Origin: an uncultured Clostridia bacterium
Lineage (GTDB): Bacteria > Bacillota > Clostridia > TANB77 > CAG-508
Assembly: GCA_944386695.1 (NCBI GenBank)
Contig: CALXCB010000002.1
Coordinates: forward strand, 12,322-76,321
Reading direction: 5' to 3'
DNA: 64,000 nt
This document shows positions 39,866 through 49,271 of this stretch, in pieces. A program made the translations under genes and the position numbers. Position 1 is the stretch's first letter, and every line of letters begins with the position of its first letter. Under the pieces are notes generated by a model. It saw nothing but the letters and a program-made list of their open reading frames with translations. It ran no database searches and was not told the DNA's origin.

Positions 39866-42800
39866 CTAAATTTTAATTTCTTTTCCCAGAAAAGTAGAAT
39901 AAATATATACTTTATCTACTTTTCTATTTAATCCATTCTCTAATGCTTCTTTATATAGCATCAATTGTGCTTTATGCCTTTCAACTAAAATTTGTTCTCC
40001 ACTGGCACCGAATGGACCGGTTCTTTTTGACACCGAGGAACCAAAAAGAACCGGTCCATTTGGTGCATTTGGTGCCAAAAAATCTGTTTTATAATCTAGA
40101 AGTATTAATTCATCATTTTTGTTTATATAATATAAATCTATAATTCCTTGCACTAATATATTTTCATCTTCAGTTGTTTCCATTACATCTTTAGCGGGTA
40201 TATTAATATAAAAAGGCTCTTCTTTATGATATTCTTTTGCTTCTTTTAATTCTTGCCATATATTAGATTGTGTGAATTTTAATATAACATATGGATTAAT
40301 TGCCTCTAGCCCTTTTTGTGTTATCATTTCTCTGGCTTTTAAATCTTCTATAAGATTTTTTATATCTTGCAAATTATAGTCTTTTCCAAATTCTAAATTT
40401 TTCATACATAAATGTACTAGTGTTCCTCTCTGAGCTGGTGTTATTTTTTCTTCTTCTGTTCCAACTAAAAATTTTGGTTTTGGAAACTCTAACATTTCTA
40501 TCTCTTTTTCTTTCTTATCCTCGTCATTATCCACATTATCCGTTTTTTTGTTTTCATTATTTAATTCTTCTATTTCTTCTAAATCGTCTCTTTCACTAAT
40601 TGTTTCTGTTTCATCTTCCAATTTTAGCGAGTACTTTATTTCTTTAATATTTTTATGAACGATATTTGTTACAGATTCTTTTGTTGGTATTTTTATCAAA
40701 TCTTTGTATGGATATTCAAATACCAATTGATTTTTTAATTTTATAATTTCTTCTTCTTTTATATTTTTAGAATTTTCTTCTAATAGTTTGAATATATCTA
40801 TATCTTGTTTTTCCTCTTCTTTTATACCTTTTAATATGTCTTGTCCTTTTAAAACATTTATTTCCATAATGTTTTTTGATTGTTCTGGATTATATAAAAA
40901 TGTGAGTAAAATCCAATCTATATATTTTTTGTATTTTTTTAATAAATTTGAATTTATTTTTCCATTTTCTAGTTTGTATATGTCCACTAATTCCTTCATT
41001 TTTTCTTTTTCTTTATTAGAATCTTTTTTTATACCTGTGATATAAATTTTCTCTTTTGCCCTAGTTAAAGCAACATACAATATACGCATTTCTTCTGCTA
41101 AATTTTCTTCTAGTAACTTTTCTCTTAATGCTAATTTAGTAATTGTATCATATTTTATTTGCTTGTCATAATCGATATATTTCACGCCTATTCCAAGATC
41201 TTGATGTAATAAAATATCATTATTTAAGTCTTGCATATTGAAATTAGAACCTGTGCCTACTAAAAATACAATTGGAAATTCTAGTCCTTTGCTTTTGTGA
41301 ATACTCATTATTCTTACTACATTTTCATTTTCTCCTATTAGTTTTGCAGCTCCTAAATCTCCACTTCCTAATTTTATTTTTTCTATGAAATTAATAAAGT
41401 TGAATAATCCCTTAAATGTCGCACTTTCATATTGCTTTGCTCTTTCAAAAAGCATTTTTAGGTTTGCTACTCTTAAGTTTCCATTTGGCATTAGAGCTAC
41501 ATAATTTAAAAATCCCGTTTTTTCATATATTGTCCAAATTAGTTCGTCCAAATCTAGAATTTGATTTTTTTGGCGAAAATCTTCTAATTTTTCTAAGAAA
41601 TTTTCTATTTTTTCTTTTAATTCTTCTCTTACAGAAAGTTTAGATTTTAACATAGCTGTGTAAAAATCATCTTGATCATCACATAATCTTATTTCTAGTA
41701 AGTCATCATTTGTAAACATACCTATACTTGATAACATAATATGAACTAGCGGTATATCTTGGTATGGATTATCTATAATCTTTAATAAGTCCATAATTAT
41801 TTGTATTTCATAAGATTCTAGATATTCTGATGAGGTATCTGAATATACATCGATATTTTGCAAAGTAAGTTCTTTTTCAAAAATATTTGCTTTATTTTTA
41901 GTTGAACGAAGTAATATTACTATATCTTTACATTCAATTTTACGAAATTTTTCTTTTTTGTTATCATAAACTTGAAAACTACTATCTAACAAGTCACGTA
42001 TTTTTTTTGCTACAAATTTAGCTTCTAGTTCTATATCTTCTAATTTTTCCTGTTCTTCTTGATCTTCTTCTAAGCTATCATTTTGAATGTTACTTTGTAT
42101 CTCACTTTCCTCTAACTTCTCTTCATCCTCTAGTGGGTCTAATATATCTATTTCTGAAATCAAGTTTTCTTTACTTTCTGGATATGCTGCACCTAAATTC
42201 AAATATTCTTCTTCTGTATATTCTATCTCTCCTAGTTCTTTTCCCATTATACTTTCAAAGATCATATTTGTAATTTCAAGTACATTTTCTCTACTTCTAA
42301 AATTTTTAAAAAGTTTGATTTTTAAGCCTTTTTCATTTGCTGTGTTTTCACTATAATTTTGATATTTATTTAAAAATAAATCTGGCATTGCTTGTCTAAA
42401 TTTATAAATACTTTGCTTGACATCTCCTACCATAAAAATATTATTTCCTTTTGATATTGATGTTAATATATATTCTTGTACTAAGTTACTATCTTGATAT
42501 TCATCTATTGCTATTTCTGCAAATTTTTCTTGATATTTTTTTGCAATATCAGAACTTTCTATTTTTTCATCATTTTCTTTTATTAGTATTTCAAGTGCTA
42601 AATGTTCAATGTCACTAAAATCTACTATGTTTTTTTCTTTTTTGCTTTTTTTGAATTTTTCATCAAAATCAAGGATTATTCTTTTTAATTTTACTAATAT
42701 TTCATACATTTCCTGTAAATCTATATTTGCTTGCTCTGAATTTGATATGAAGATTTTATCTCTTTTATCAGTAAAATTCTTTTTTACTTTGTCTCTTATT

Positions 42801-43702
42801 TTTTTTGCATTATCTTTTTCTGGATTTGTTATTTTTCTAGATGATGGCCATTTTAAAAATTCTACTTGATTGGCTAAAAGATATGCTTTATCCCAATTTT
42901 CTAGATTTCCCAAAACCATTTCTAATTGTTGTATATCAGATGTTAGTATTTTTTCATATGATTCTAATTCTTTATCTACTGATAATCTTCTTTCTTCAGA
43001 TTTTAGCTTTTTTATGTTATCTTCTAGTTCTTCTTTCATGCTTTCTAATAAAATCTTTCCCCAAACTGTTTTCGAGAAGTCTTGTTTGATATCTTTAATA
43101 TTGAATTTTTCTATTTGGGTATCTAACCATTTTAAAGGAAATGGGTTTGATTCAATGTATGTGTATATTTTTAATATTAAGTCTTTTAGTGGAGTATCAT
43201 CTCTATAAGATGTATAGGTTTTTATTAATTTTTCAAAATCAGCATCATGATTTTCGTATTTTTCTTCGAAAAGTGTTTCTAATACTTCTTGTTTTTGTAG
43301 ATCTATTTCAGCAGTGTCAGCAATTCTGAAGTTCGGCGAAATTTCTATTTCGAAAAAATTATTTCTTATTACATCTAAACAGAATGAATCTATTGTGCAT
43401 ATACTTGCTTTATTTAATAATGTAATTTGTCTTTGCAAATGATTTATAGTTTCTTCATCTTGCTCTTCTTCATTATCTATTATTTTATATATTGCAGTTA
43501 AAATTCTTTCTCTCATTTCAGATGCTGCTGCATTGGTAAATGTTACGACTAAAAGTTTGTCTATATCTATTTTTTCTTTTATTATTTTATTGATAATTCT
43601 TTCAACAAGTACTGCTGTTTTTCCACTTCCTGCTGCTGCTGCAACTAAAATGTTGCTACCTTTTTCATATATTGCTTGAGATTGCTCCTTTGTCCAATTC
43701 AT
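39866..43702 (-). CDS. addA: ATP-dependent helicase/nuclease subunit A (AddA/RexA)
   Basis: 1278 aa. UvrD-like helicase N-terminus (AAAGSGKT). C-terminal RecB-family nuclease motif IDLYYI...LLDYKTD. No addB upstream. Confidence 0.9.
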   Translation of the reverse strand: MNWTKEQSQAIYEKGSNILVAAAAGSGKTAVLVERIINKIIKEKIDIDKLLVVTFTNAAASEMRERILTAIYKIIDNEEEQDEETINHLQRQITLLNKASICTIDSFCLDVIRNNFFEIEISPNFRIADTAEIDLQKQEVLETLFEEKYENHDADFEKLIKTYTSYRDDTPLKDLILKIYTYIESNPFPLKWLDTQIEKFNIKDIKQDFSKTVWGKILLESMKEELEDNIKKLKSEERRLSVDKELESYEKILTSDIQQLEMVLGNLENWDKAYLLANQVEFLKWPSSRKITNPEKDNAKKIRDKVKKNFTDKRDKIFISNSEQANIDLQEMYEILVKLKRIILDFDEKFKKSKKEKNIVDFSDIEHLALEILIKENDEKIESSDIAKKYQEKFAEIAIDEYQDSNLVQEYILTSISKGNNIFMVGDVKQSIYKFRQAMPDLFLNKYQNYSENTANEKGLKIKLFKNFRSRENVLEITNMIFESIMGKELGEIEYTEEEYLNLGAAYPESKENLISEIDILDPLEDEEKLEESEIQSNIQNDSLEEDQEEQEKLEDIELEAKFVAKKIRDLLDSSFQVYDNKKEKFRKIECKDIVILLRSTKNKANIFEKELTLQNIDVYSDTSSEYLESYEIQIIMDLLKIIDNPYQDIPLVHIMLSSIGMFTNDDLLEIRLCDDQDDFYTAMLKSKLSVREELKEKIENFLEKLEDFRQKNQILDLDELIWTIYEKTGFLNYVALMPNGNLRVANLKMLFERAKQYESATFKGLFNFINFIEKIKLGSGDLGAAKLIGENENVVRIMSIHKSKGLEFPIVFLVGTGSNFNMQDLNNDILLHQDLGIGVKYIDYDKQIKYDTITKLALREKLLEENLAEEMRILYVALTRAKEKIYITGIKKDSNKEKEKMKELVDIYKLENGKINSNLLKKYKKYIDWILLTFLYNPEQSKNIMEINVLKGQDILKGIKEEEKQDIDIFKLLEENSKNIKEEEIIKLKNQLVFEYPYKDLIKIPTKESVTNIVHKNIKEIKYSLKLEDETETISERDDLEEIEELNNENKKTDNVDNDEDKKEKEIEMLEFPKPKFLVGTEEEKITPAQRGTLVHLCMKNLEFGKDYNLQDIKNLIEDLKAREMITQKGLEAINPYVILKFTQSNIWQELKEAKEYHKEEPFYINIPAKDVMETTEDENILVQGIIDLYYINKNDELILLDYKTDFLAPNAPNGPVLFGSSVSKRTGPFGASGEQILVERHKAQLMLYKEALENGLNRKVDKVYIYSTFLGKEIKI

Positions 43703-43705
43703 AAA

Positions 43706-44638
43706 TTAAATCCTCTCTATTTCCTCTATTGATAATCCTGTAATTTCTGATATTTTTTTTATTTCAAAGCCCTCTTCTAAAAGCTTTTTAGCAATTTTTC
43801 TTTTTTCATTTTTTTCTCCTTGCTTTAGTCCTTCCTCTTTTCCTTGTTTCAATCCCTCTTCTTTTCCTTGTTTCAATCCCTCTTCTTTTCCTTGTTTTAA
43901 TCCTTCTTCTTTTCCTTGTCTTAGTCCTTCTTCAGTTCCTTTAGCTTTTGCTGTTTCTAATGCTGAGTGCTCTTCTAGTTCTGACATTAATCTTATTTCT
44001 GCTAGTCTTTTTATTTCTTTATCTCCTGTTAAAACTTCGTAATCATCTAATGCTTCTTTTATTTCTTTATTTTCTTTTTTAGCCATTTCTAGTAAATCCC
44101 CCCTTTCCATATCTACAAATGCTAACCATTGATTTGCACTTTCTTTCATATTTGGTTTTTCTTTTCTAAATTTTTCTAATTCTATATAATAATATTTTAC
44201 TAAATTATTTATTTCATATTCCTTATGTTTCTTTGCTACTCTTACTGTCTCTGTTATATATTCTGGTAATCCTGTTAATGTATAGTTTAATATTGCTATT
44301 ACTATTACTTTTTTTAATTCTTCGTACCTTCCTTTTGGTTCTAATTGTTCTACAATTTTTTTACTGGCATAAAATGTAGTTCTTTCTTCTATATTTTTAT
44401 TATCTCTTAACTGCATTTCGATGTTGACAATTTCTCCATCTTCCAATTCAACCTCTAAATCCAATATTCCATATTTCATTTCTTTTGTTAATTGCTCTAA
44501 ACGAGCATCATGCATAACTTTTTTGATTTTTATATTTTCTTCTAAAATTGCACTTAAAAAGCTTTTTAAATATTTTTCGTTTCTACTGAAAAAAGCTTTA
44601 AATACAATATCATTTTTCATTGTTAATTTTTCTGTCAT
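43706..44638 (-). CDS. Rpn/YhgA-like PD-(D/E)XK nuclease-family putative transposase with a C-terminal DUF4351-like tail and a (KEEGLKQG)x5 tandem repeat
   Basis: N-terminus NDIVFKAFF...LDLEVELEDGEIVNIEMQ...TFYASK matches the Rpn recombination-promoting nuclease family. C-terminus IAKKLLEEGFEIKKISEITGLSIEEIERI is typical of it. Start set at MTEKLTMK with RBS GGAGG. Confidence 0.75.
   Translation of the reverse strand: MTEKLTMKNDIVFKAFFSRNEKYLKSFLSAILEENIKIKKVMHDARLEQLTKEMKYGILDLEVELEDGEIVNIEMQLRDNKNIEERTTFYASKKIVEQLEPKGRYEELKKVIVIAILNYTLTGLPEYITETVRVAKKHKEYEINNLVKYYYIELEKFRKEKPNMKESANQWLAFVDMERGDLLEMAKKENKEIKEALDDYEVLTGDKEIKRLAEIRLMSELEEHSALETAKAKGTEEGLRQGKEEGLKQGKEEGLKQGKEEGLKQGKEEGLKQGEKNEKRKIAKKLLEEGFEIKKISEITGLSIEEIERI
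43818..43937. repeat. 24-bp tandem repeat x5 (CCTCTTCTTTTCCTTGTTTCAATC) inside the Rpn-like gene, encoding EEGLKQGK repeats
   Basis: Direct inspection shows near-identical consecutive 24-mers. Confidence 0.8.
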
Positions 44639-45162
44639 TAATATACCTCCTATTATAATTTGTTTTTTCTTATTTAGCAATATTTTTCAAAAAAATAATA
44701 CATAATAAATAGAATATTGGGCATCACTTCCTTTCTACAAGATTTTATTTGCTTTGACTCAAAACTTTTAATTTAGAAATAAAAAATTAAATTTTTGTAA
44801 TTAATTCAAATAGATTTAAAATCAATAAAAAATTAATTTGCATTTATAATAATAACATAAATAGAAAAAAATTACAATTGATTTTGCAATTTTTTCTATA
44901 AAACCCTATATTTCAACTATTATATCTACTCCTTTAAAATAAATTTTTGAGTAGTTTTGTTCTTTTAATTCTGCTGGTATTTCTTCTGTTTTCCCTTGAT
45001 AAATTATGTTACCATTTTGTTTTATTATTATATTTAATAATCTTAATTCTTTTATTTTCATATTTAATCTTATTCCCTTCAAAAAAAATATATTTTATTG
45101 GTATATTATAATACTTATTTTGATTTGTTTCAAGATATTTATTTGCTTTATTTTTGCCCATT

Positions 45163-45201
45163 TAATAAAAAAAACGTTATCGCTTTTACACGATAACGCC
45201 C
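45163..45201 (-). terminator. rho-independent terminator (CGTTATCG...CGATAACG stem plus a U8 tail on the minus strand)
   Basis: 8-bp stem with an A8 run on the plus strand. Lies downstream of the small membrane-protein gene. Confidence 0.6.
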
Positions 45202-45221
45202 TTCTTTAACTTTTTTGCCAA

Positions 45222-45434
45222 CTATAACAAGCCAGCAAGCCAAGTCAAGAAGTCTTGCAATTTTGTTGCAGCAGCCTCTTGCAGTGAAGGCCACATTGTA
45301 AAAGCAACTAAAATAGCTGCTATTACACATACTGCAGAAATTGCATTTGGGTGTTTCTTAAAAAGATCCACCCGGGTTGATACCTGCACTGCAATTGCTA
45401 CAGTGACAAGTACCAGGAAGAGATTAAATAACAT
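45222..45434 (-). CDS. small two-TM membrane protein (70 aa) inside the higher-GC island
   Basis: MLFNLFLVLVTVAIAVQV...AAILVAFTMWPSL. The region is ~45-50% GC against a ~27% background. Has its own terminator. Confidence 0.5.
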   Translation of the reverse strand: MLFNLFLVLVTVAIAVQVSTRVDLFKKHPNAISAVCVIAAILVAFTMWPSLQEAAATKLQDFLTWLAGLL

Positions 45435-45515
45435 TCTCTTCCTCCTTTCTTTTGTTATGCTTTTGTCAACAAGTTACCCTTTTTATTATAACATTTTACA
45501 CCTTAAAAATCAAAT

Positions 45516-45544
45516 TTGATTTATTTTACATAAAATGATATAAT
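45516..45544 (+). promoter_or_regulatory. sigma70-like promoter (-35 TTGATT, 17-nt spacer, -10 TATAAT) for the 270-aa ORF
   Basis: Consensus hexamers upstream of RBS AAAGGAGGTG and the ATG at 45595. Confidence 0.45.
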
Positions 45545-45594
45545 AATAGTGTAGTTATAAACTTTGCTGAACAAAAGAAAGGAGGTGCCTTACT

Positions 45595-46407
45595 ATGAAG
45601 GCACTTAAAAGACATCCGCGATCACGCGGATTTAATTGGAACTCGTTAAATTTTAAAAAAACAAAAATCCGATTCAACTTCAATCGGATATCAAAAAAGC
45701 AATGGCATTATATCGCTGTTACTATATTCTTAATGCTAGAGATAATAGCATTAGGAATATCCCTAATGCAAGGGACAGTCGAACTCATAATAGGCTTGCT
45801 CCTTAGTGCAGGAGCACTATTATGGTTCACTCAAAAAGAACAGACCCTTGCAGACAATATAGCTCAAGCTATATTGTCAATATTTTGGGGATTCTGGATT
45901 ATAGGATATCTAAGCATATTCTCAATCCTGGAATTTGGCTTGTTCTTGTATTTGTTTATACAAAAAATAAGAACAACGCCAAAAGCAAACCCAATAACCA
46001 AAAGGTTAGGGAACGATGGGGTTGTATTAAAAAAAATACAACCAATATTCCCTTTACCAATAGAAATTCCGGCATTTTACCGGGAAATATACATTACAAA
46101 AAGTGGGACCTCCTACTCTTTTATAACTGTATATCTCGGCAAATTTGTTATACCGACAGATCTTTGCACCTGTTCGGGGGTAGACTTAGACAAGGTTGGG
46201 CTTCAAATCTTTAACTTTGAGCACGTAGTGCTCCTAACTAAGGAAGAAGAAGCTCTCCTTAAGATCTATCTGCCACAGGGAGAAGGTCTCGAGGTAAGGA
46301 ATTTCTTAACAACACAAATAACTTGTGCTTGTACTGATAATAAGATTACAAGAAATCTTATTGAACCCAAACACAAGCACAAGCGAAAAAAAAGAAAGAG
46401 GGAATGA
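45595..46407 (+). CDS. hypothetical membrane protein (~4 TM in the N-terminal half, Cys-containing C-terminal domain, KR-rich tail), higher-GC island
   Basis: 270-aa ORF with a strong RBS. GC far above background. No family recognised. Confidence 0.5.
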   Translation: MKALKRHPRSRGFNWNSLNFKKTKIRFNFNRISKKQWHYIAVTIFLMLEIIALGISLMQGTVELIIGLLLSAGALLWFTQKEQTLADNIAQAILSIFWGFWIIGYLSIFSILEFGLFLYLFIQKIRTTPKANPITKRLGNDGVVLKKIQPIFPLPIEIPAFYREIYITKSGTSYSFITVYLGKFVIPTDLCTCSGVDLDKVGLQIFNFEHVVLLTKEEEALLKIYLPQGEGLEVRNFLTTQITCACTDNKITRNLIEPKHKHKRKKRKRE

Positions 46408-46423
46408 GAGTTCCAGTGAAAGG

Positions 46424-46466
46424 AACAACCACGGCAGATCTATTCCAACGTGGTTGATTCCTTTTT
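46424..46466 (+). terminator. rho-independent terminator (CAACCACG...CGTGGTTG + TTCCTTTTTTGTTTTT)
   Basis: 8-bp stem followed by a T-rich tract right after the 270-aa ORF, between convergent genes. Confidence 0.6.
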
Positions 46467-46471
46467 TGTTT

Positions 46472-48259
46472 TTATACCCCATTCAAAATTCTTTCAGCTA
46501 ACTCCCTATTAACACCTTTAACCTCCATTAACTCTTCTATACTTGCCTTTTTAATCTTCTCAACACTTCCAAACCTCTTAAGCAAAGCCTTTTTCTTTGC
46601 ATCACCAATACCTTTAATACCATCAAGTTCAGATTTAGTTAACTCTTTATCTCTAAGCTTTCTATGGTAAGTAATTGCTGTATCATGTACAGTATCTTGA
46701 AATAAAGTAATCAAATTAAATAAATTCTCTGAAATTTCAATTTCATTTCTTTCTTCATCCATCAAAGCTCTAGTCTGATGCTTATCATTTTTTACCATTC
46801 CAAAAATTTTAATATCCACACCAAATTTATCAACAGCTCTTCTAACTGCTCTAATTTGTGTAATACCACCATCTGCAAATATAGCATCTGGTAATCTTCC
46901 AAAACCTTTATCTTGTGGATTCTCTACCGAATGAGCTAATCTTCTAGTTATAACCTCTTCCATACATCTAGGGTCATCTTGACCCAAAACCGTTTTAATT
47001 TTAAATCTTCTAGACAAATTCTTTTTAATCACTCCATCTTCCATAACGCACATAGCTGCTACCATAAATTCTCCTGATATATTAGATATATCATAAGTCT
47101 CTATCTTTCTTGGTAATTTGTCCATCTTCAATTTATCTTTCAACTCTAGTAAAATAGCATTTTGTGTTTTCTCTTTATTATCTAATGTTACTTTACTATT
47201 TTTTTCAGCCATTTCTACAAACCTTAATTTTCCACCTCTTTTAGTACTATGTATAACCACTTTATGCGTAGTTTTGCTACTTAGCCATTCTTCTAATGCC
47301 TTTTCATCTTCCAACTCTTCTCTTATCATTATTTTATTTGGAATATTTAAATTATCCATATAATATTGTTTAATAAATCCAGATATAATCTCTTTATCTT
47401 CCATATCACCAAGATTATCAAAAAAATAATGCTCTCTTCCTATCATTTTACTACCACGAACAAAAAATATTTCTATACAAACCTCTAATTCTGACTTTGC
47501 CATACCTATTACATCAATATTATTTTCTGAAATATTAGAAACTTTCTGTTTTTGAGATGCTGTTTCAATTGCCATCATTCTATCTCTTATGTAAGCCGCT
47601 TCTTCAAAATTAAGTTTCTCTGATGCTTCTTTCATTTGATGTTTTAAATCTTTCAAGATTTTATCAGTCTTGCCTTCTAATAAGTCTATTATTTCATCAA
47701 TTTGTTTTCTATAATCTTCTTTACTTATATTCCCTATACAAGGAGCCAAACATCTTTTAATATGGTAATTTAAACAAGCTCTTGTATTAGATTTAAAATT
47801 TCTACATTGCCTTATTTTATATTTTTGTTTTATAAAATTAACCATTTCCTTTGCAGCTCCAGGATTTGCATAAGGTCCAAAATACTTTGAACCGTCATTT
47901 ATTACTCTTCTTGTTATGACAACATTTGGAAAATCAGACTTAACATCAATTTTTATATAAGGATATGTTTTATCATCTTTTAATAAAACATTATATTTAG
48001 GTCTATTCTTCTTTATCAAATTACATTCCAAAATTAATGCTTCTGCCTCATTACTAACTACAATATATTCAAAATGGTCTATCAAAGAAACCATTTTTAA
48101 GATTCTATCTGTCTTATTTGTTTTCCTAAAATAAGAACTAACTCTATTTTTCAAATTAACCGCTTTGCCAACATAGATAATATTATCATCTTTATCTTTC
48201 ATCAAGTAAACACCAGGCTCTTTGGGCAACTTTTTAAGTTCTTCTTTTATATCAAACAT
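46472..48259 (-). CDS. uvrC: excinuclease ABC subunit C
   Basis: 595 aa. N-terminal GIY-YIG (GVYLMKDKDDNIIYVGKA). UvrBC-binding domain. RNaseH-like and HhH domains. Confidence 0.95.
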   Translation of the reverse strand: MFDIKEELKKLPKEPGVYLMKDKDDNIIYVGKAVNLKNRVSSYFRKTNKTDRILKMVSLIDHFEYIVVSNEAEALILECNLIKKNRPKYNVLLKDDKTYPYIKIDVKSDFPNVVITRRVINDGSKYFGPYANPGAAKEMVNFIKQKYKIRQCRNFKSNTRACLNYHIKRCLAPCIGNISKEDYRKQIDEIIDLLEGKTDKILKDLKHQMKEASEKLNFEEAAYIRDRMMAIETASQKQKVSNISENNIDVIGMAKSELEVCIEIFFVRGSKMIGREHYFFDNLGDMEDKEIISGFIKQYYMDNLNIPNKIMIREELEDEKALEEWLSSKTTHKVVIHSTKRGGKLRFVEMAEKNSKVTLDNKEKTQNAILLELKDKLKMDKLPRKIETYDISNISGEFMVAAMCVMEDGVIKKNLSRRFKIKTVLGQDDPRCMEEVITRRLAHSVENPQDKGFGRLPDAIFADGGITQIRAVRRAVDKFGVDIKIFGMVKNDKHQTRALMDEERNEIEISENLFNLITLFQDTVHDTAITYHRKLRDKELTKSELDGIKGIGDAKKKALLKRFGSVEKIKKASIEELMEVKGVNRELAERILNGV

Positions 48260-48283
48260 ACTTGCTCCTTTACATAATATTTT

Positions 48284-48355
48284 TCATTAGGGTCGTTTCT
48301 TTTTGCAAAAGGAAACGACCCTTTTGCAAAAAGAAACGACCCCAATGAGAAAAAA
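48284..48355. repeat. compound palindromic element, copy C (GGAAACGACCC-type arms), between the hpt stop and the uvrC start
   Basis: CATTAG-GGTCGTTTC-TTTTTGCAAAAG-GAAACGACCC-TTTTGCAAAAA-GAAACGACCCC-AATGAGAAAAAATTA. Confidence 0.7.
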
Positions 48356-48880
48356 TTAATCTATTTTTCCTATATATGGTAAATTTCTATATTTTTGATT
48401 ATAATCCATTCCAAATCCAATCACAAATTCATCTGGTATTTGAAATCCGATATAATCCACATCAAGTTCTACCACCCTTCTTGATGGCTTACTTAATAAT
48501 GCACAAATTTTTATACTTTTTGGATTTTGTTTACTAATATAATCTTTCAAATATTCTAAGGTTCTTCCTGTATCAATTATATCTTCAATTATTATTATAT
48601 TTTTACCTTCTATTTTTCCTGTTAAATCTTGTGTTAACTTTATAGTACCTGTACTTTCTTCTCCTTCATAACTCTCAACTTGTATAAATTCAAACTCCAC
48701 ATTGTTTTTTATTCTTTTTGCAAGTTCTACCATAAATATTGCTGCTCCTTTTAGAACTCCTATAAATACTAGATCTTCATCCTTATAGTCTCTCATTATA
48801 TTTTTAGCTAATTCATCTAATCTGTTTTGAATCTTTGACTCGCTTATTAAGATATTTACTTTTTCCATTTTTATTTTCAT
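48356..48880 (-). CDS. hpt: hypoxanthine phosphoribosyltransferase
   Basis: PRPP-binding motif IIIIEDIIDTGRT. Start taken at MKIKMEKVN with RBS AGGAAAGGA (the ORF track uses an upstream TTG). Confidence 0.9.
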   Translation of the reverse strand: MKIKMEKVNILISESKIQNRLDELAKNIMRDYKDEDLVFIGVLKGAAIFMVELAKRIKNNVEFEFIQVESYEGEESTGTIKLTQDLTGKIEGKNIIIIEDIIDTGRTLEYLKDYISKQNPKSIKICALLSKPSRRVVELDVDYIGFQIPDEFVIGFGMDYNQKYRNLPYIGKID

Positions 48881-48908
48881 TCCTTTCCTAAGGCACAAAT
48901 CCAGTCGA
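48881..48908 (-). promoter_or_regulatory. conserved 5' leader motif, copy 2 (CGACTGGATTTGTGCCTTAGGAAAGGAATGAAAAT) at the hpt start
   Basis: Shares ~30/40 positions with the murG and PLP-gene leaders. Confidence 0.35.
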
Positions 48909-49015
48909 AAAAATTTAATATAATTTTTTCAAACCAATCCCTTTTATTAATATTAATATTATAACAACTTTTACGCGATTTGGAAATAAGTTTTGTGATT
49001 TTTTTATGAAAATAC

Positions 49016-49042
49016 TTGAAACATTTTTTACATTGTTATAAT
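49016..49042 (+). promoter_or_regulatory. putative glmS promoter (-35 TTGAAA, extended -10 TGTTATAAT)
   Basis: Hexamers about 45 nt upstream of the ribozyme core. Confidence 0.4.
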
Positions 49043-49087
49043 ATACTATAAGAAATTGGAAGTAAAAAAATTTTAAGAAAGGAGTTT

Positions 49088-49235
49088 TTTAGCGCCAGGA
49101 CATATGTATCTATGTTGACGAGGTCTAAGGTTATCGAAAGATTCGGCGGATGCCTTAGTGGTACGTACTTTACCATAGACTTAATCAAAAAATAATGGTG
49201 ACATTATAACAAATGTTAAGTCAAAGTAATACTTT
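49088..49235 (+). ncRNA. glmS ribozyme: glmS ribozyme (GlcN6P-responsive self-cleaving riboswitch) in the glmS 5' leader
   Basis: Conserved core segments AGCGCCAGGAC, GACGAGG, UUAUCGAA, UUCGGCGGAUGCC in the correct order upstream of glmS. Confidence 0.8.
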
Positions 49236-49271
49236 CAATTCCCAAAAATTTATTTAAAAGGAGAAATTTTT

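Noticed and set aside
44681-45160. A 480-bp AT-rich spacer upstream of the Rpn-like gene as a possible degraded addB or IS remnant
   Set aside because: No reading frame of any length remains. No inverted repeats were detectable by eye. It is more likely a promoter or UTR region.
45006-45330. ORFs 45006..45209 (+) and 45148..45330 (-), and a 50-aa minus-strand ORF at 45161..45009
   Set aside because: They lie in an AT-rich intergenic or terminator region, overlap the terminator hairpin, have no RBS, and have implausible Ile/Phe/Lys-only composition.
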